From: Candidatus Rokubacteria bacterium RIFCSPLOWO2_02_FULL_73_56
GTDB taxonomy: Bacteria; Methylomirabilota; Methylomirabilia; Rokubacteriales; CSP1-6
DNA: 64,000 nt
Assembly (NCBI GenBank): GCA_001788495.1
Contig: MGCF01000006.1
Location: 2,106 to 66,105, forward strand
Direction: 5' to 3'
Positions 35,677 through 43,813 of the stretch are shown one piece after another. The position numbers and the translations under genes are program-made. The stretch's first letter is position 1, and every line of letters starts with the position of its first letter. The notes under the pieces are model-generated. The model did no database searches and was not told where the DNA came from. It saw only the letters and a program-made list of their open reading frames with translations.

Positions 35677-35988
35677 TCAGCCCGGCAGCGCCCCGAACCG
35701 CGCCTCGTACTCCCTGAGGATGTTGGCGAGCAGCGCGGAAAGCCGCTTGGCCGCCATGGGGCTCAGAATGATCCGGTCCGTGAGCTGCACCGGGATCTCT
35801 TTCTGGGCGCTGTGCCAGGCCTGGTTGATCCCGAACAGGAGGACGACCTCCTCGCGTGTGCTCGCGACGTTGCACACGTTCGCGTAGGAGCTCGTCATGT
35901 TCGAGTCGTCCCACTTGATCTGAGGCTGGGCCTGCGCCTGCCCGGCCGGCCGCGGTGACGGGGTCTCTGCGCTCCGTTCGTTGGCCAT
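35677..35988 (-). CDS. DUF3467-like small protein (copy 4), 103 aa, near-identical core to copy 1.
   Basis: 'IKWDDSNMTSSYANVCNVASTREEVVLLFGINQAWHSAQKEIPVQLTDRIILSPMAAKRLSALLANILREYEARFGALPG'. About 85% aa and about 87% nt identity to 5577..5915 over roughly 250 bp. Confidence 0.65.
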   Translation of the reverse strand: MANERSAETPSPRPAGQAQAQPQIKWDDSNMTSSYANVCNVASTREEVVLLFGINQAWHSAQKEIPVQLTDRIILSPMAAKRLSALLANILREYEARFGALPG

Positions 35989-36115
35989 CGGTTCTCCTCG
36001 TCGAGGGTCGTCCGCTCGATGGTGACAGGCTGAGCGTCCCCTGCAGGGTACTCCGGAGGCCGAGCCGCGCGCAACCGCAGAAGGCGTCGAGGACGGAGGG
36101 TGCGGGTTCGCCGGC

Positions 36116-37141
36116 TCAGAACGCGATCGCGCCGCGCCCGAAGAGCGTGCGCGCGCGGAGCTTGGCGTGGAGCTCCGTCACCCGCTCGAGCGGAACCACC
36201 TCGGACACCACGGGGCGGATCGTGCCCGCGGCTACGAGGCGCGCCGCCTCGCCGAGCTCCCAGCGCGACGCGTAGCGCGAGCCGAGGACCGTGATCTCCT
36301 CGGTCACCAGGCGCCGCGAGGCGACCTCGAGCGTGATGCCCGGGAACGTCGTCAGGACGACCATCCGCCCGCGGCGCGCGAGCACGTCGAGGCAGAAGGC
36401 GTGCGTCTCGCGGCTGCCCACGAGGTCGATCGCCACCGTGGGGCCCGCCGGCGCCGCGGCCGCGAGCCGCGCGCGCGCGTCCGGCGCGCGGAAGTCGAGC
36501 GTCGTGCCGGCGCCGAGCTCCCGCGTCGCGTCGAGCTTCGCCGCGTCGAGGTCGACGGCGATCACCTCGGCGCCGCAGAGCCGCGCCATCTGCACCATGT
36601 GCACGCCCACCCCGCCCGCGGCGCCCACGATCATGACGACGTCCGCCGGGCCGATGCCCGCGCGCCGCGAGACGTGGAAGGGCGTCGCGATCGCGTCGGG
36701 GATCGCGGTGGCCTCGACGGCGCCGAGCCCTTCGGGCACGGGCAGAAGGTTCCCGGCGGGCAGCGCGGTGTACTCGGCGTAGCCCCCGTCGGCGGCGACG
36801 CCCACGTAGCCGCGGAGGTTGCGGCAGAGCGGCTCGTGGGCCAGGCGGCAGAAGTCGCAGCCGCCGCACGCGAGGTAGAAGTACGCCATCACGCGCCGGC
36901 CGACCTCGGGGTGCGCGACGCCGGGGCCGAGCGCGGTGACGATCCCGACCAGCTCGTGGCCGGGAATCCGCGGGAGGTCCTCCGGCCGCCCGCCGAGGTT
37001 GCCGTTCATCGCGTTGAGCACCGTGAGCCCGACGCCGCACGCCTCGACGCGCACCAGCGCCTCGCCCGCGGCCGGCGCCGGCGTCGGCACGTCGGCGGGC
37101 GTCACCTCGCCGCCCCACGCGTGGAGGACCTGGGCTCGCAT
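36116..37141 (-). CDS. Zinc-dependent alcohol dehydrogenase (MDR superfamily).
   Basis: 'GHELVGIV' catalytic-Zn motif, 'CGGCDFC' structural-Zn motif, 'VMIVGAGGVGVHMVQMA' NAD-binding GxGxxG. Confidence 0.8.
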   Translation of the reverse strand: MRAQVLHAWGGEVTPADVPTPAPAAGEALVRVEACGVGLTVLNAMNGNLGGRPEDLPRIPGHELVGIVTALGPGVAHPEVGRRVMAYFYLACGGCDFCRLAHEPLCRNLRGYVGVAADGGYAEYTALPAGNLLPVPEGLGAVEATAIPDAIATPFHVSRRAGIGPADVVMIVGAAGGVGVHMVQMARLCGAEVIAVDLDAAKLDATRELGAGTTLDFRAPDARARLAAAAPAGPTVAIDLVGSRETHAFCLDVLARRGRMVVLTTFPGITLEVASRRLVTEEITVLGSRYASRWELGEAARLVAAGTIRPVVSEVVPLERVTELHAKLRARTLFGRGAIAF

Positions 37142-37160
37142 GACTCGGGCGATGGGCGCG

Positions 37161-37847
37161 CTACTTGACGATCGTCGCGGTGACCGCCATCAGGGTCTCG
37201 GTGGTCGCCTGCGTGGTCCGGTAGCCGAGGACCCGGCGCAGGACCTCGTGGGTCTGGGTCGTGCTCCCGCCGAGGACGACGGGCCGGCCGGACGGCACGA
37301 CGAGCTCGGTCGAGGCCTCGTTGACCTCGATGGCGCCGGAGCGGTCGCCGGCGAACCAGCTGAGCGTGGGGGTGAGCCTGAGCCGCACCTGGTCGCCGGG
37401 CAGGATGCTCGCGCGCACCTTGAGCGACGTCCCGACGTCGCGGAAGGTCACGCCGGTGGCGAGGTGGCCCGCGCCGGTCAGGTAGTCCTGGTAGAAGGCG
37501 ACGTGCGGGTACGGCACCTGGCTGGCGACGAGCAGCGTGGACTCGCCGCCGTCCTGGACGAGCGTGAAGACCCCCGTGCGCTGCCGCACGCGCCGCTCGC
37601 GGCTCTCGACGCCGACGCGCCCCGACCCGCGCACGCCGCCGGGCTCGGTGATCACGACGCGCCCGCCCGCCCCGACCCCCTCGCGGCTCGCCGTCGCCTC
37701 CTGGCGGAACTCGAAGACGACCTTGACGGTGCGCGGCGCCTGGGCGGCGGCGCCTCCGGGCAGGCCCGCGACGAGCGCGAGCGCGGCGGCGACCGAGAGG
37801 GCGGGGCTCATCGTCCCAAGCGTAGCCTCCGCGGCCGGCCCGCGCAA
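37161..37847 (-). CDS. Short secretin-domain protein (type II/III secretion system secretin family) with signal peptide.
   Basis: Signal peptide 'MSPALSVAAALALVAGLPGGAAAQA'. 'FRDVGTSLKVRASILPGDQVRLRLTPTLS...ELVVPSGRPVVLGGSTTQTHEVLRRVLG...TETLMAVTATIV' follows the secretin C-terminal domain pattern. At 228 aa it is unusually short for a secretin. Confidence 0.5.
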   Translation of the reverse strand: MRGPAAEATLGTMSPALSVAAALALVAGLPGGAAAQAPRTVKVVFEFRQEATASREGVGAGGRVVITEPGGVRGSGRVGVESRERRVRQRTGVFTLVQDGGESTLLVASQVPYPHVAFYQDYLTGAGHLATGVTFRDVGTSLKVRASILPGDQVRLRLTPTLSWFAGDRSGAIEVNEASTELVVPSGRPVVLGGSTTQTHEVLRRVLGYRTTQATTETLMAVTATIVK

Positions 37848-37895
37848 AGGGCTTGAAATCGGCGGGCGGGCTGACGCACCCTCTGGGGGGACGCC

Positions 37896-38297
37896 ATGAG
37901 CAAGCGAGACCTCTACGTCGTCGCCGCCGATCGGAAGGACCTCTACGAGCTGCTCCGGAAGCAGTTCGCCGGCAACGACAGCGTCGAGATCATCCTGGAC
38001 CGCCGCAAGGCCGAGCGCCGGCGCGGCGGCGGCGGCGTCGCGCCGGACAAGCGCAGGAGCGACCGCCGCGTCCGCGACGACGCCTACCTGCTGAAGACGC
38101 TCGGCGTCGTGCTGGTCTCGGTCGAGCGGGACGAGCCCGCCCGCCCGGCGGCCCCCCCCAGGGCCGCCGCCCCCGCCAGGGCGGCCGGCCCCACGAAGGC
38201 GGCGGCCGCCAGGCCCGCCAGGCCCGCCCGACCCGCCAGGCCCGCCCGAGCCGCGAAGGCCCGCCGGGCCGCCAGGCGCAGGAAGCGCCCCGGGTAG
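37896..38297 (+). CDS. Hypothetical small protein with Arg/Ala/Pro-rich C-terminal tail.
   Basis: N-terminal 'MSKRDLYVVAADRKDLYELLRKQFAGNDSVEIILDRRKAERRR' is protein-like. The overlapping frame 37853..38338 is Arg-junk. Confidence 0.4.
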   Translation: MSKRDLYVVAADRKDLYELLRKQFAGNDSVEIILDRRKAERRRGGGGVAPDKRRSDRRVRDDAYLLKTLGVVLVSVERDEPARPAAPPRAAAPARAAGPTKAAAARPARPARPARPARAAKARRAARRRKRPG

Positions 38298-38322
38298 CGC
38301 GGCGCGGGCTCCGCCGCGCCGC

Positions 38323-39039
38323 TCAGCCGCCGAGGTAGAGGCGCTTGACGTCGGGGTCCGCGAGCAGGGTGGCGCCGGGCCCCTCGAAGCGGTTCCGCCC
38401 GAGCTCCAGGACGTAGCCGCGGTCGGCGATCGCGAGCGCCCGCGCGGCGTTCTGCTCCACGAGCATGAGCGTGTAGCCGGCCCGCCTCATCTCGACGAGC
38501 TTGTCGAAGATGAGCGTGACGAACTTCGGCGACAGCCCGAGCGAGGGCTCGTCGAGGAGGATCAGCTTCGGCCGGACCATGAGCGCCCGCGCGATCGCGA
38601 CCATCTGCTGCTCGCCGCCCGACATCGTGCCCGCGCGCTGGTACCGGCGCTCGAGGAGGATCGGGAACAGCGCGTAGACCGCCTCCAGCGCGGCGGCGAT
38701 CTGGCGCTCGTCGCGCACGGTGTAGGCGCCCATCTCGAGGTTCTCCAGCACGGTCATCTGCGGGAACACGATCCGCCCCTGCGGCACGTAGGCGAGCCCC
38801 CGCCGGAGCACGAGGTCGGGCCGGACGCCGGTGATGTCCTCGCCGTTGAACACGACGCGCCCGCTCCGCGGCCGGAGGAAGCCGACGATCGTCTTGAAGG
38901 CGGTGGACTTGCCGGCGCCGTTCGGGCCGATGATGCTCACGATCTCGCCGGCCTGCACGTCGAGGGAGACCTCGTGCAGGATGTCCATCGTGCCGTAGCC
39001 GGCGGTGAGCGTGTGGGCCGCGAGGATCGGCGCGCTCAC
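38323..39039 (-). CDS. livF: Branched-chain amino-acid ABC transporter ATP-binding protein LivF.
   Basis: Walker A 'GPNGAGKST', signature 'MSGGEQQMVAIARAL', Walker B 'LILLDEPSLGL'. GTG start overlapping the upstream gene's TGA (GTGA at 39036-39039). Confidence 0.85.
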   Translation of the reverse strand: MSAPILAAHTLTAGYGTMDILHEVSLDVQAGEIVSIIGPNGAGKSTAFKTIVGFLRPRSGRVVFNGEDITGVRPDLVLRRGLAYVPQGRIVFPQMTVLENLEMGAYTVRDERQIAAALEAVYALFPILLERRYQRAGTMSGGEQQMVAIARALMVRPKLILLDEPSLGLSPKFVTLIFDKLVEMRRAGYTLMLVEQNAARALAIADRGYVLELGRNRFEGPGATLLADPDVKRLYLGG

Positions 39040-39689
39040 GCCGCGCTCCGCTTGGCGCAGACGTAGAGGACGTGCGGGTACGGCAGGAAGTCGCGCATCG
39101 CGTGGCGGCGGACGACGAACCCGGCGGCGCCCAGCGCGGCCGTCAGCTCCTCGGCGCTCCAGTACCTGACCGGCGTCGCGGGCGCCATCAGGCGGTCGAG
39201 GAGCCAGGTGAACCAGCGCTTCGGCGCGGGCCGGGTGTCCACGTCCTTCACGAGCAGCACGCCCTCGTCCGCGAGGCAGCGGTGGAGCTCGCGCAGGAGC
39301 GGCCCGACGTGCTCCGGCGCGACGTGGTGCACGATGTCGAGCATGTAGGCCGCGGCGACCTCGCCGTCGCCCTTGAAGTCGCGCGCGTCGCCCTGCTCGT
39401 ACGCCACGTTCTCGACCGCGAGGCGCGCGGCCGCGCGGCGCGCCAGCGCGATCCGCCGCGCGCTCAGGTCCACGCCCCGCACGAACCGCCGGGGCCCGGT
39501 CGTCGCGTAGTAGAGCGAGAACAGGCCGAAGCCGCAGCCGATGTCGAGCACGCATCCGGACTCGGGCAGGTACTGGCCGATCTCGTCGAGGAACCGCTGC
39601 CGCAGGACCCAGAAGCGTGCCCAGCAGTAGGCCCGCACGACCGGGTCGTCGTACGCGCGCACGATGCGGCGGATCGCCTCAGCGCGCAT
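39036..39689 (-). CDS. Class I SAM-dependent methyltransferase.
   Basis: Motif I 'VLDIGCGFGLFSLYYA'; 217 aa; embedded between livG/GT39 and livF with overlapping stops and starts. Confidence 0.75.
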   Translation of the reverse strand: MRAEAIRRIVRAYDDPVVRAYCWARFWVLRQRFLDEIGQYLPESGCVLDIGCGFGLFSLYYATTGPRRFVRGVDLSARRIALARRAAARLAVENVAYEQGDARDFKGDGEVAAAYMLDIVHHVAPEHVGPLLRELHRCLADEGVLLVKDVDTRPAPKRWFTWLLDRLMAPATPVRYWSAEELTAALGAAGFVVRRHAMRDFLPYPHVLYVCAKRSAA

Positions 39690-41130
39690 ACAGGAGGTAT
39701 CCGGGGCCGCGCCGGTCCAGGCGGTACGTCGAGAGCCGCAGGCGGAGGCTGCCGAACTGCTGGACGCGCGCGTAGCCGCCGCCGGGCCAGCCGTGCTCGA
39801 AGAGGACGATGAACTTGGGCGGGCGCCGGTCGAACTCCTCGGCGAAGTACGCGCGGAGCTTGTGGACGATCGGCGTGCCGGGATCGTGGTAGAAGGGGAA
39901 GTCGTAGACGAAGCGCGTCGGCTGCACGATGCGCAGCCGGAGCAGCGCGTCGATCCCGCCGTCCGTCGTGTCGAGCACCTGCACGTACTCGCCCGGGCCC
40001 ACGCGGCCGTCGAGGTCGCGGACGAGCGCGCTCACGCGCCGCTGCTTGTCCGCGATCCACGGCGCCCGGGACGCCTCCACGCCCTTGATCCCGAGCAGCG
40101 CCGTCGCGACCGCGATGCTCGCGAGGGCCACCGCCGCGGGCACCCGGCGGCGGGCGCGGAGCAGCGGCTCGACCTCGGCGAGCAGGAGGACGGCCGCGAA
40201 GGCGGCCAGCGGGTACAGGTGGTACTCCCAGCCCTTGCCCTGGACGACGAAGTGCGCGACGCCGTAGCCGAGCCCGACCGCGGCCACCGCGTGGCGCACC
40301 CCGAAGCGCCGGTGGACGCCGGCGCTCACGAGCGCCAGGGCCACGCCGACGCCGATCGGGACCCACACCTCCCAGCGCCAGGGCGTCCACCGGGCGGGAC
40401 GCCCGAGCCGCGCGTAGAGCGGCAGCAGGTACTCGAAGACGATCTCGCGCCAGGCGCCGAGCGCGCCGCGCGCCGCGACCCACACCGTCACCAGCATCGG
40501 CACGAGGAGCGCCGCCATCGCGAGGATCGCCAGCGGGATCCACGGCCGGCCGCCGCGCCGCCACGTGACGATCGCGACGACGCCCAGCAGACCCGCGACG
40601 AGCAGCGCCGCGTGCGGCTTCACCGTGAGCGCGGCGCCGAGCGCGAGCCCGCCCCAGAGCAGGCCCCACTCCACGCCGGTCTCGGCCCAGCGCGCGACGC
40701 CGAGCGCGCCGAGCAGCAGGAACGGGCTCAGGAGGAAGTCGCGCTGGCCCGCCTGCCACGCGCCGCCGGCCAGGTGGTAGGTCGCGAAGAACAGCCCCGC
40801 GCCCGCCGCCGCGACGCGCCCCCACGGCCGGGCGAGCGCCGCGACGCAGAGCGCGGTGCCCGCGAGCCAGAGGAGGTCGAAGGCGCGCCAGCCGGCGTCC
40901 GACGCGCCGAACACGCCCAGCACGACGCGGTGGAGCAGGTACACCCCGGGGAAGTTCATGTCGAAGAGGTCGCGGTACGGCGCGGCGCCCTCGCCGATCC
41001 GCCAGGCGACGTAGTGCATGATCGGCGCGTCGTGGACGAGCGGCCAGGCGCGCGAGCGCCAGGCGAGCACGGCGGCGAGCGCCGCGAGCGGCAGGAGCGC
41101 GAGCCCGCTAGCGGCCGAAATACGCTTCAA
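39679..41130 (-). CDS. Integral-membrane glycosyltransferase, ArnT/PMT (GT39/GT83)-like.
   Basis: 483 aa with about 11 predicted TM segments. N-terminal 'PLVHDAPIMHYVAWRIGEG...YRDLFDMNFPGVYLL' resembles the ArnT/PMT lipid-linked-sugar transferase family. Overlaps the livG stop by 23 nt. Confidence 0.55.
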   Translation of the reverse strand: MKRISAASGLALLPLAALAAVLAWRSRAWPLVHDAPIMHYVAWRIGEGAAPYRDLFDMNFPGVYLLHRVVLGVFGASDAGWRAFDLLWLAGTALCVAALARPWGRVAAAGAGLFFATYHLAGGAWQAGQRDFLLSPFLLLGALGVARWAETGVEWGLLWGGLALGAALTVKPHAALLVAGLLGVVAIVTWRRGGRPWIPLAILAMAALLVPMLVTVWVAARGALGAWREIVFEYLLPLYARLGRPARWTPWRWEVWVPIGVGVALALVSAGVHRRFGVRHAVAAVGLGYGVAHFVVQGKGWEYHLYPLAAFAAVLLLAEVEPLLRARRRVPAAVALASIAVATALLGIKGVEASRAPWIADKQRRVSALVRDLDGRVGPGEYVQVLDTTDGGIDALLRLRIVQPTRFVYDFPFYHDPGTPIVHKLRAYFAEEFDRRPPKFIVLFEHGWPGGGYARVQQFGSLRLRLSTYRLDRRGPGYLLYAR

Positions 41131-41815
41131 TGACCCGCTCGTCGGCCTGGATCGCGCCGGGCGGCCCCTCGGCGATCTTCTCGCCGTGGTCCAGCACGAA
41201 CACGGTCTCGCAGAGCCCCATGACGACCTTCATGTCGTGCTCGACGAGGAGCACGGTCTTGCCCCGCTCGCGCAGCTGCCGCACCGCCTCCAGCAGGTCG
41301 TTCAGCAGCGTGCGGTTGACGCCGGCAGCGGGCTCGTCGAGCAGCACCAGCGTCGGGTCGCGCATCAGCATGCGGGCGAACTCGACGAGCTTCTGCTGGC
41401 CGTAGGAGAGGTTGCCCGCGTACTCGTCCTGCAGGGCCTCGAGCCGGACGAACCGGAGCAGCTCGAGCGCGCGCGCGCGCGCTTCCTCGAGGTGGCCGCG
41501 CGTCACGACGAGGAGGTTCTCCAGCGCGGTCAGCTCGGGAAACACGCGGATGATCTGGAACGTGCGCCCGATCCCCTTGAGGGCGATGCGCCACGGCGGC
41601 AGCCCGTCGATGCGCTCGCCGTTCAGGAGGACCCGCCCGGCGTTGCGTCGCTCGAGGCCGGTGACGCAGTTGAAGAGCGTCGTCTTGCCCGAGCCGTTCG
41701 GGCCGATCAGGCCGTAGATCCGGCCGGCGGCGAGGCTGAGCGAGACGCCGTCCACGGCGGCCACGCCGCCGAAATGCTTGTGGAGCCCCTCGACCTCGAG
41801 CACGGGCGCCGGCAT
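41108..41815 (-). CDS. livG: Branched-chain amino-acid ABC transporter ATP-binding protein LivG.
   Basis: 'GLIGPNGSGKTT', 'LSYGQQKLVEFARML', 'LVLLDEPAAGV', and the C-terminal LivG-type extension. Confidence 0.85.
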   Translation of the reverse strand: MPAPVLEVEGLHKHFGGVAAVDGVSLSLAAGRIYGLIGPNGSGKTTLFNCVTGLERRNAGRVLLNGERIDGLPPWRIALKGIGRTFQIIRVFPELTALENLLVVTRGHLEEARARALELLRFVRLEALQDEYAGNLSYGQQKLVEFARMLMRDPTLVLLDEPAAGVNRTLLNDLLEAVRQLRERGKTVLLVEHDMKVVMGLCETVFVLDHGEKIAEGPPGAIQADERVIEAYFGR

Positions 41816-41993
41816 CAGATGGTCCTCGGCAGGCGATACGAGTCGGCATCATGCGGCTCCGAGTCACGAGCATCACGAGGCCCGAGGGAGGAGCCGACCG
41901 CAGCGTACGCGGTTGTACGTGAGGATCGGCGACGACCGAGAACGAAGTGAGGCGACGTGAATCGGAGCCGCATCAGATGGTCCTCGGCAGGCG
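41812..41993. repeat. Small MITE-like insertion at the livM/livG junction: 24-bp direct repeats (41812-41835 and 41970-41993) flanking about 135 bp with 18-bp terminal inverted repeats (41851-41868 and 41956-41973).
   Basis: 'GCATCAGATGGTCCTCGGCAGGCG' occurs twice, 158 bp apart. Each copy holds the overlapping livM stop and livG start (TGATG). ATGCGGCTCCGAGTCACG and CGTGAATCGGAGCCGCAT are reverse complements at 17/18. The second DR copy preserves the LivM C-terminus '...YRLPRTI*'. Confidence 0.55.
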
Positions 41994-42863
41994 GTACCGG
42001 ATCTGGAGGATCCCCAGCACCCCGCGCGGCATCAGGAGCACGACCGCGACGATGATCGCGCCGAACAGGAGCTGGTGCACGTACGGGAAGCGCGCCCACA
42101 CGAACTCCTGGGCGACGAACAGCGCCACGGCGCCGAGGACCGGGCCCCAGACCGTGCCCTTGCCGCCGAACAGGACCATGACGATCATCGTGATCGTGGT
42201 CGCCAGCGGAAACACGCTGACCGGCTCGATGTAGCCCTGGTCGCGCGCCGCGAGCGCGCCCGCGATCCCCGGTCCCACGGCCGAGAGCAGGAAGGCGTAG
42301 AGCTTGTGCCGCGCGGTGTCGATGCCCATCGCCTCGGCCGCCAGCTCGTCCTCGCGGATCGTCATGAGCCGCAGGCCGAAGCGCGAGGTGATGATCGCGT
42401 ACGTGAGCAGCGTCACGCCCCCCGCGGTCGCCGCCATCGCGTAGTAGATGGGCACGGTGGCGTGGAGCGTCGGCAGCGACAGGCCCGAGCCGCCGCCCGT
42501 GAGCCCCTCGAAGTACGAGACGAGCGCCCGCAGCACCTCGTTGAGGCCGAGCATCGCGATGGCGAAGTACGGGCCCTTGAGGCGCAGGCACGGGTAGCCG
42601 ATCACCAGCGCGACGGCGCACGCGCCGACGCCGCCCGCGAGCGCGGCGGCGAGCCAGGGCCAGTCGGCCTTGGCGACGAGGATCGCCCCGGTGTAGGCGC
42701 CGGCGCCGAAGAACGCCACGTGGCCGAAGGACACGTAGCCGGTGAGCCCCGAGATCAGGTTCCAGGAGCCCGCGAGCGCGATCCACATGAAGATCTGGAG
42801 CATCGCGCGCACGCCGTAGCCGGTCCCGAGCGCCGGGTAGACGGCGAGCGCCGCCAGGAGCAC
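41973..42863 (-). CDS. livM: Branched-chain amino-acid ABC transporter permease LivM.
   Basis: Hydrophobic multi-TM sequence with the LivM family conserved region 'GYVSFGHVAFFGAGAY'. GTG start. Confidence 0.8.
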   Translation of the reverse strand: MLLAALAVYPALGTGYGVRAMLQIFMWIALAGSWNLISGLTGYVSFGHVAFFGAGAYTGAILVAKADWPWLAAALAGGVGACAVALVIGYPCLRLKGPYFAIAMLGLNEVLRALVSYFEGLTGGGSGLSLPTLHATVPIYYAMAATAGGVTLLTYAIITSRFGLRLMTIREDELAAEAMGIDTARHKLYAFLLSAVGPGIAGALAARDQGYIEPVSVFPLATTITMIVMVLFGGKGTVWGPVLGAVALFVAQEFVWARFPYVHQLLFGAIIVAVVLLMPRGVLGILQIRYRLPRTI

Positions 42864-42889
42864 GCCGAGCGCCGCGAGGAGCGCGCGCT

Positions 42890-43768
42890 TCAGGTCTGTC
42901 GTCCCCCGAGGAGCCCCGTCGGGCGCACGAGGAGCACGACGACGAGCAGGACGTAGGCGACCACCTCGGAGAGCTGCGTCGTCAGGAAGAGCGCGGCCCC
43001 CTGCTCGACGAGCCCCAGCAGCATCCCGCCCAGGAGCGCGCCGGGATAGTTTCCGGCGCCGCCGAGGACGATCACGAGGAACGACTTGAACGTCCAGATC
43101 TGGCCCATCTCCGGCTGGATCGCGACGATCACCGCGATGAGCGCGCCGCCGGCCGCCGCGAGCGCGCTCGCGAACCCGAAGGTGAGCATGTGGACCCGCT
43201 GGACGTCGACCCCGCAGACCATCGCGACCTCCCGGCTCTGCGAGGTGGCGCGGATCGCCTTGCCGAGCCGCGTCCCGCGCAGGAACAGGAAGGCGAGGCC
43301 GGTGACGCCCGCGGCGAACACGAACGCGACCAGGCGCGGCTTCGAGACGGCGAACGGTCCGAGGGGGAACGAGCCGGTCAGGTACTCCACGGCGCGCAGG
43401 TCGGACGTGAAGGCGAGCTGCGCCAGGTTCACGAGCCCGATCGAGATCCCGAACGTGAGCAGCAGCGACGAGAGCTCCGGCGCGTCCACGACGCGGAAGA
43501 CGAGCGTCCGCTGGAGCACGACGCCGACGACGAACAGCACCGCCATGGTCACCGGGACCGACAGGTAGGGGTTCAGCCCGAACAGGCTGTGCAGGAAGAA
43601 GGTCGTGTAGGCGCCCAGCATCAGCAGGGGGCCGTGGGCGATGTTGATGACGCGCATGACCCCGAAGATCAGCGCCAGCCCGAGCGCCACCATCGAGTAC
43701 AGCGCCCCCGCCAGGATGCCGGAGATGACCACCTGGCCGACCATCGCCGGCGTGATGGCGACATTCAT
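42890..43768 (-). CDS. livH: Branched-chain amino-acid ABC transporter permease LivH.
   Basis: 'MNVAITPAMVGQVVISGILAGALYSMVALGLALIFGVMRVINIAHG' is the typical LivH N-terminus; 292 aa. Confidence 0.8.
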   Translation of the reverse strand: MNVAITPAMVGQVVISGILAGALYSMVALGLALIFGVMRVINIAHGPLLMLGAYTTFFLHSLFGLNPYLSVPVTMAVLFVVGVVLQRTLVFRVVDAPELSSLLLTFGISIGLVNLAQLAFTSDLRAVEYLTGSFPLGPFAVSKPRLVAFVFAAGVTGLAFLFLRGTRLGKAIRATSQSREVAMVCGVDVQRVHMLTFGFASALAAAGGALIAVIVAIQPEMGQIWTFKSFLVIVLGGAGNYPGALLGGMLLGLVEQGAALFLTTQLSEVVAYVLLVVVLLVRPTGLLGGRQT

Positions 43769-43813
43769 CGCGGGGTCCGCGAGGCCGGCACGAACCGGCG
43801 GACGCTCAAGCGC

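Noticed and set aside
37853-38338. 161-aa ORF overlapping the small hypothetical gene
   Set aside because: It is almost entirely Arg/Pro/Gly/Ala. The alternative frame (37896..38297) has a normal N-terminal region.
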